DNA of 41,526 bases, from positions 1 through 41,526 of the forward strand of contig CAZFGY010000002.1 of assembly GCA_964518465.1 (NCBI GenBank), given 5' to 3'. The notes beneath the pieces were generated by a model that worked only from the letters and a program-made list of their open reading frames with translations, was not told the DNA's origin and did not search any database. Below are positions 36,886 to 41,526 of the stretch, in pieces (position 1 is the stretch's first letter; each line of letters begins with the position of its first letter). Made by a program: the position numbers and the translations under genes. The stretch is from an uncultured Candidatus Saccharibacteria bacterium. GTDB lineage: Bacteria; Patescibacteriota; Saccharimonadia; Saccharimonadales; Saccharimonadaceae.

Positions 36886-37482
36886 TCATAGGCTGGAATT
36901 ATAGACTGTGAGCCTGGCGCGGGCGTAAGTATGACTTTTTTCAATCGTGAAGCCGTCCAGAACGGGCGCTGGCAGCTCAGCAGGCGACGATAGGACCAAA
37001 GTGCCGTTGTGACGCAATAATTTGCCTAAACTGGTAATTTCGGCCTCTAGGGGGCTCGCTAGAGGTTCGAGAAGGCCAGTGGTTTTTTTGAAGCCATCAT
37101 AGGGCGGATCGGCCAAAATCACGTCAAAATAGCCCTTAAATTCGTTTCTAGCGCAAAATCTGCTCGCGCTTTCCGTAAAAATTGGTGTCCCGGCAGGGAT
37201 TTTACTGAGAATTTGGGTCAAATTAGAGCGTAAAACCTGGGCAATTTTGGGGGATTTTTCGACAAAAACGACGGATTTGGCACCATGACTGAGAGCTTCG
37301 AGCCCCAAAGCGCCCGATCCGGCGTAAATATCAAGGACGTCACAACCGGAGACGGATACCATGTTGAAGAGGGCGAGTTTCTCACGGGAGCCCATGGGAT
37401 GGGTGCCGCTATCGGCAGGAGAAGCAAAGCGTCGACCTCGGTAAATTCCGGAAATAATGCTGAGGTCTCTACTTGGTTTCAT
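36886..37482 (-). CDS. rsmD: RsmD-family rRNA methyltransferase
   Basis: IISG.YRGR, THPM..REKLALFN, LDIYAGSGALGLEALS and DPPY; start ATG 37482. Confidence 0.88.
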   Translation of the reverse strand: MKPSRDLSIISGIYRGRRFASPADSGTHPMGSREKLALFNMVSVSGCDVLDIYAGSGALGLEALSHGAKSVVFVEKSPKIAQVLRSNLTQILSKIPAGTPIFTESASRFCARNEFKGYFDVILADPPYDGFKKTTGLLEPLASPLEAEITSLGKLLRHNGTLVLSSPAELPAPVLDGFTIEKSHTYARARLTVYNSSL

Positions 37483-38353
37483 GGGGCGGCCTCGGACGAA
37501 TTTTATAAGCTTCGGCAGCGGCAGAATACCAACCGAGAGCAATGGTTTTGACGATTTCCGGTATTAAGATATTTTTCGTTTCAAGAGCCAGCTCAGTAGT
37601 CCAGCCTTCCTCAAGGAAGCGATCATACATTTTGTGCTTGCGAATGAATTGCAGAGCTTCCAAAAAAGTTTGCTCCAGATCAAGGTTTTGAAAATCTTGC
37701 GGCTCGATCTGGGGCGTAAGGGTGCGCCGGGGCATGGCGGCGACGATCATCATTACGCCGTATTCGTAAGCAACGTGTTTCGACATGTGTCCGCCCGCTC
37801 CCCAATAAAGCCAGTTGTTGCGCAAAGTTTCGAGCATGCTGCGCCCGTGCATGACGCCTTTGATCGGGGCGCCAAAGAATTTTACCATTTCATTGTCGGT
37901 CATGAGCTCGTTTTTCACCTCTGAAAGCGGGAAATGGTGAGCCGGAGTCAAGCCATCGGTGATCATATGCGCCATCCAAGCGGCCTCAAAAGCGGCGCGG
38001 ACCTGATTCTTATCCTTCAAAGCTTTGACGAGATTCCAACGATGGTCAAAAATCATCGTCAGGACTGAGCGTTCATCGAGGGTTTCGTGACCGCCTGCCG
38101 AGGACGGGCTAGAGCTCGGATCGTCAGGGGAAAGCATATGCGAGGGATCGTCGACGCCGGGACTCTTACGCTTCAACCCGTCTGGCCCACGCGTGCCTTC
38201 GAAGTGAATAATATCTTTCGCGCTGGGGAAAAATTTACCACGAGGAAGGACACCAGAGAGAATCTTGCGGGCGGCCTGATCGAGCTGTTGATGGGTGCCA
38301 ACAATTTTACCCGAGAACTTGGAATTTTTGACGATAGTAGTAGTAGAATACAT
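37469..38353 (-). CDS. Hypothetical protein, possible Zn-dependent phospholipase C / S1-P1 nuclease fold
   Basis: Spacing of GTH, GPD, AHMITDGLTPAHH and HVAYE resembles the tri-zinc ligand pattern. Confidence 0.6.
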   Translation of the reverse strand: MYSTTTIVKNSKFSGKIVGTHQQLDQAARKILSGVLPRGKFFPSAKDIIHFEGTRGPDGLKRKSPGVDDPSHMLSPDDPSSSPSSAGGHETLDERSVLTMIFDHRWNLVKALKDKNQVRAAFEAAWMAHMITDGLTPAHHFPLSEVKNELMTDNEMVKFFGAPIKGVMHGRSMLETLRNNWLYWGAGGHMSKHVAYEYGVMMIVAAMPRRTLTPQIEPQDFQNLDLEQTFLEALQFIRKHKMYDRFLEEGWTTELALETKNILIPEIVKTIALGWYSAAAEAYKIRPRPPHETK

Positions 38354-38528
38354 TATCTACTATATTATAGCATTTTTGTAAGGTTTCTAAGCTTTTTGCG
38401 CGGATTTGCAATTTTGCAAAAATAAACATAAATAGTATTGACATTTTTTGATATCTGTGCTACAATGGTGGTAGATTGAGCAAGAAAATGCCCATCTGGT
38501 ACGTTAATGTGTATAAATTAAAGAAAGA

Positions 38529-39101
38529 ATGGTGAAAGTAATGAAGTCCCACAACATCGCGTTTCATCCTAATTGTCTCCCTGTCTTCGACCTGATGTTT
38601 AGCAACCACGAACTCAACCAAAAACCGGACGGCTCGAGGAAACCTCTTCTTGGCTTAGAAGTTAGTGTTAAGCTTATTGACAGCGGTCTCCTTGAAGATG
38701 TCGTAGAGGCGTTGGTTAATGCTTGCACCGAGCCGCGTTACCCCGACCGTAACAACCAGATGCTCAGGAAGTCCTTGTACGATATCTTAGTTGGTCGTCC
38801 GTCCGAAGAGTGGCGGATTACCCAAGTCGGATGCAAGGAGGGATTTGTTGTATTTACAATGACCGATCGCAATGGGACTTCCTGGAAGATGGTGGTTCAT
38901 GGAGCTAATTTCCCTAGAACGAACGTAAGGTTGCATTTCACTGCACTGCATGATGAGCTGTCTCTTAGTCTGTATATGCCCGGTCGGCTGATAGCCTTTT
39001 ATGAGGGCCGCTCCGGCACCGAGCGTTTTGACCTCCGCTGTGAGCTCAACGAGAGAAACCATACTTGGTATCTCTCCGACCACGCCGTCACTGGATATTA
39101 A
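38529..39101 (+). CDS. Hypothetical protein (190 aa, ORFan-like)
   Basis: Promoter TTGACA-17-TACAAT (38438-38466) and terminator at 39120-39148. Confidence 0.65.
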   Translation: MVKVMKSHNIAFHPNCLPVFDLMFSNHELNQKPDGSRKPLLGLEVSVKLIDSGLLEDVVEALVNACTEPRYPDRNNQMLRKSLYDILVGRPSEEWRITQVGCKEGFVVFTMTDRNGTSWKMVVHGANFPRTNVRLHFTALHDELSLSLYMPGRLIAFYEGRSGTERFDLRCELNERNHTWYLSDHAVTGY

Positions 39102-39119
39102 TTATACACAACAACCTCT

Positions 39120-39148
39120 ATGCCTCCGACAGCCAGTTGGAGGCATTT
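39120..39148. terminator. Terminator between the convergent ORFan and recG
   Basis: ATGCCTCCGAC-agcca-GTTGGAGGCAT followed by TT. Confidence 0.65.
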
Positions 39149-39170
39149 GCAATATCGGAATATTGATAGG

Positions 39171-41240
39171 TTAGTTTAAAGTCGTGAGTTGCTGATATTT
39201 TTTAATACGAGCGGCCAGTTCGGGGTAGTCGGCCATAGCCTCGGGATGTTTGGCAAACTCGGCAGCATGATGGCTAGCTTGAGCAATTAAATCTGTATCG
39301 GTCAAATTAGCAACTTGAAGATTGAGTTCGCCATGCTGCATGGCCCCGTAAATTTCTCCCGGTCCGCGCAGTTTCAGATCGACCTCGGCCAGATGAAAGC
39401 CGTCAGTAGACTTTTCCATTTCCCGTAGACGCTTGGAAGGTTTGCCTTCACCAGTGGTCAAGAGGTAACAATAAGCAGGCTGATCACCGCGCCCAACACG
39501 ACCGCGGAGCTGGTGAAGCTGCGCCAGACCATAATTCTCGGCATCTTGAATAATGATCATGTTGGCGTTGGGAACGTTCATACCCACTTCGACAACAGTG
39601 GTAGAAACCAGTAACTGAATACGATTACGGGCAAAATCGTTCATGACTTGGTCTTTTTTCTCGGGTTTCATCTTGCCGTGCAATAAACCAACCTCGAAAT
39701 TAGAAAACAGCTCAGTGAGTTTTTTGGCTTGTTTTTTCACAGAAGTGGCAATATTGGAGTTTTTTTCTTCGATTACTTGACAAATCCAATAAATCTGCTG
39801 TCCTTTAGCTAGAATTTCTCGCATTTTAGGATATAGTTCATCATGTTGTTCGGTTTCGTTCAATATCTTAGTCGTAATGGGCTGGCGTCCGGGGGGTAGC
39901 TCATTAAGCAGCGAAACGTCGAGATCGCCAAAAATCGTCAGCTGCAAAGAGCGCGGAATAGGAGTAGCGGTCATAGAAAGGAGGTGCGGAGCGGTGTTTT
40001 CGGGAGATTTCAGGAGGAGTTTTTGACGCTGACCGACGCCAAACCGGTGCTGTTCGTCGATAATGCAGAAGGCTAGGGACTGAAAATGCGTGTCATCGGT
40101 GAGCAAAGCATGAGTACCAATCACCAAATCGATCTCGCCGGACTTAATCAGGCGTTTCAGCATACGTTTATTAGGAGTGGAACCGATCAGTAGGGCTACG
40201 CGTGGCATCGTCAGGCCAATATCGGCCTCCTCGAGCGTCTGGAAGAGCTTTACAAGGCTTTCGAAATGTTGGGTGGCTAGGATGGCGGTCGGTGCGAGCA
40301 GGGCGGTCTGGTGGCCTGCTAGAGTGGTCTGAGTGGCAGCTATGGCGGCCACAATGGTCTTACCGGAGCCGACATCTCCCTGTAAAAGCCGGTTCATAGG
40401 GATGCGGCGCTCTAGAGATTGGAGAATTTCCCAGGTCGAGCGACGCTGGGCGTTGGTAAGCTGGAAAGGCAGGCTTTGGACCAGTTTTTTGGTAAAATCC
40501 GCATCAAATTTGAGAGAAATAGCCTTGAGGCGACGATTTTCTTGCTTGTTCAGCTTAGCAGCGAGAATTAACTCAAAAAGTTCCTCATAGGCGAGGTATT
40601 TTCTTCCCTGTTCGGCTTCTTCCGGTGATTCAGGAAAATGAGCCGCAAAGAGGGCTTCGGCGCGTGCTCCCGGCTTGACAAAGTCAGGATCGCCTTCTGT
40701 AAATGGCAGTAAATCAGGTATTTTGGCAAATTCAGGACGCAGGCCAGAGATAATTTTATGGAAAACTTGAGGTTTAATAGCACTTTTGGCGGAATAAATC
40801 GGCTGAAAACTAGCTGCAGCGCCATCTTTTTCGACGTCCTGGACTAATGCCGCAGTCGGCGAAGTCAGGACGTATCGACCGCCTTTAAGCTCATATTTGC
40901 CAGTAAAATAGTACTCGCGCTCGGGGTCAAACTGTTTCGCTCGATAAGGTTGGTTGAACCAAACAGTACGAATCGCACCTGTATCATCCCGAATCACGCC
41001 CTCGGTCAAGGTCAACTTGCGGCGGCTAGTGCGAATAACGTGGAGACCATCAATTTTGCCCCGCACAATCACCTTGCCAGGCCGCAGATCTTCAATATTG
41101 ACCGTGGTTTGATAATTTTCGTAAACGCGTGGCAGGCAGTAAATAAGGTCGCCGACCGTATTGAGATTGGCGCGCGCAAAAGCCTCGGCGGTCTTGGGGC
41201 CGACGCCTTTAATCGTATCAATGGGGGCAGACATGTCCAT
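39171..41240 (-). CDS. recG: ATP-dependent DNA helicase RecG
   Basis: QGDVGSGKT, DEQHRFG, MTATPIPR, QLHQLRGRVGRG and DLKLRGPGE; start ATG 41240 is 7 nt after TATAAT. Confidence 0.97.
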   Translation of the reverse strand: MDMSAPIDTIKGVGPKTAEAFARANLNTVGDLIYCLPRVYENYQTTVNIEDLRPGKVIVRGKIDGLHVIRTSRRKLTLTEGVIRDDTGAIRTVWFNQPYRAKQFDPEREYYFTGKYELKGGRYVLTSPTAALVQDVEKDGAAASFQPIYSAKSAIKPQVFHKIISGLRPEFAKIPDLLPFTEGDPDFVKPGARAEALFAAHFPESPEEAEQGRKYLAYEELFELILAAKLNKQENRRLKAISLKFDADFTKKLVQSLPFQLTNAQRRSTWEILQSLERRIPMNRLLQGDVGSGKTIVAAIAATQTTLAGHQTALLAPTAILATQHFESLVKLFQTLEEADIGLTMPRVALLIGSTPNKRMLKRLIKSGEIDLVIGTHALLTDDTHFQSLAFCIIDEQHRFGVGQRQKLLLKSPENTAPHLLSMTATPIPRSLQLTIFGDLDVSLLNELPPGRQPITTKILNETEQHDELYPKMREILAKGQQIYWICQVIEEKNSNIATSVKKQAKKLTELFSNFEVGLLHGKMKPEKKDQVMNDFARNRIQLLVSTTVVEVGMNVPNANMIIIQDAENYGLAQLHQLRGRVGRGDQPAYCYLLTTGEGKPSKRLREMEKSTDGFHLAEVDLKLRGPGEIYGAMQHGELNLQVANLTDTDLIAQASHHAAEFAKHPEAMADYPELAARIKKYQQLTTLN

Positions 41241-41296
41241 AAGAGGTATTATAGCATGAGTCTGGAAAAACACTTAGAGATGCGAGGATTGCAAAA

Positions 41297-41497
41297 ATCC
41301 TCCGCGCCGGGTACGTCCATCCTTGGGCTGGCTACCAGCAGGTTCGGGCTGTCGGTGCCGCTGCCTACTTTTGGTCGTCTGTTGTTAATTCCCCTATCGA
41401 CGCTCAGGACCTCCACTTTAATCCTTACAATGTCTACCCTTCCAGCATCAATGCTCGCTTATACGGCTTTCCCCTCCGTTGCCTCTTGCTAGGCTGA
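41297..41497 (+). other. Cassette B1: start-less CLec/Fib_succ_major-like module, first unit of a second array
   Basis: Translates ILRAGYVHPWAGYQQVRAVGAAAYFWSSVVNSPIDAQDLHFNPYNVYPSSINARLYGFPLRCLLLG*. There is no ATG or GTG between the in-frame TAG at 41252-41254 and the cassette. 41465-41510 matches 7154-7199 at 45/46 nt. Confidence 0.88.
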
Positions 41498-41526
41498 TCT
41501 ATGGAAAAGAAGGGTGCGATGTGGCT
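41498..41526 (+). repeat. Inter-cassette linker and probable start of the next cassette (truncated by the window end)
   Basis: TCTATGGAAAAGA linker identical to the A2/A3 linker, then GTG CGA TGT GGC (VRCG, compare VRSG/LRAG). Confidence 0.6.

Noticed and set aside
36750-36944. 64-aa ORF on the - strand
   Set aside because: It overlaps tRNA-Leu entirely and is spurious.
40950-41492. 180-aa + strand ORF spanning the recG start and cassette B1
   Set aside because: Its first half is antisense to recG, and it reads the cassette in the wrong frame (the conserved motifs are in the frame starting at 41297).

Overview
This is a chromosomal segment of a small-genome bacterium. Gene content, gene order and compact leaderless architecture suggest Candidatus Saccharibacteria (TM7/CPR), probably a gut or anaerobic lineage; this is inference, not a search result. 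Most genes are minus-strand housekeeping genes: leuS 5' end, a TrmH-family methylase, LOG, a PfkB-family kinase, rpe, rpiB, gap, rpsL-rpsG, tig, ung, an NrdR-boxed nrdD-nrdG-folA-iscS-iscU operon, a P-type ATPase, tRNA-Leu, rsmD and recG (dut is on +). Single ORFans with their own consensus promoters and terminators are interspersed. The standout signal is missed by the ORF track. The apparently intergenic stretch 6742-7400 is a tandem array of three ~200-bp cassettes with no start codon ahead of their first motif. Each encodes a different version of one ~67-aa module ([F/L/V]R[S/A]G...FWS...[Y/F]P...GF[P/S]LRCL-stop), resembling the C-terminal variable region of Fib_succ_major/C-type-lectin-fold DGR target proteins. 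A second array of the same cassettes starts at 41297, upstream of recG, and runs off the window end. No reverse transcriptase, adenine-rich template repeat, recombinase or full-length expressed parent gene is visible in this window. The arrays look like a dispersed silent library of variable-domain cassettes.
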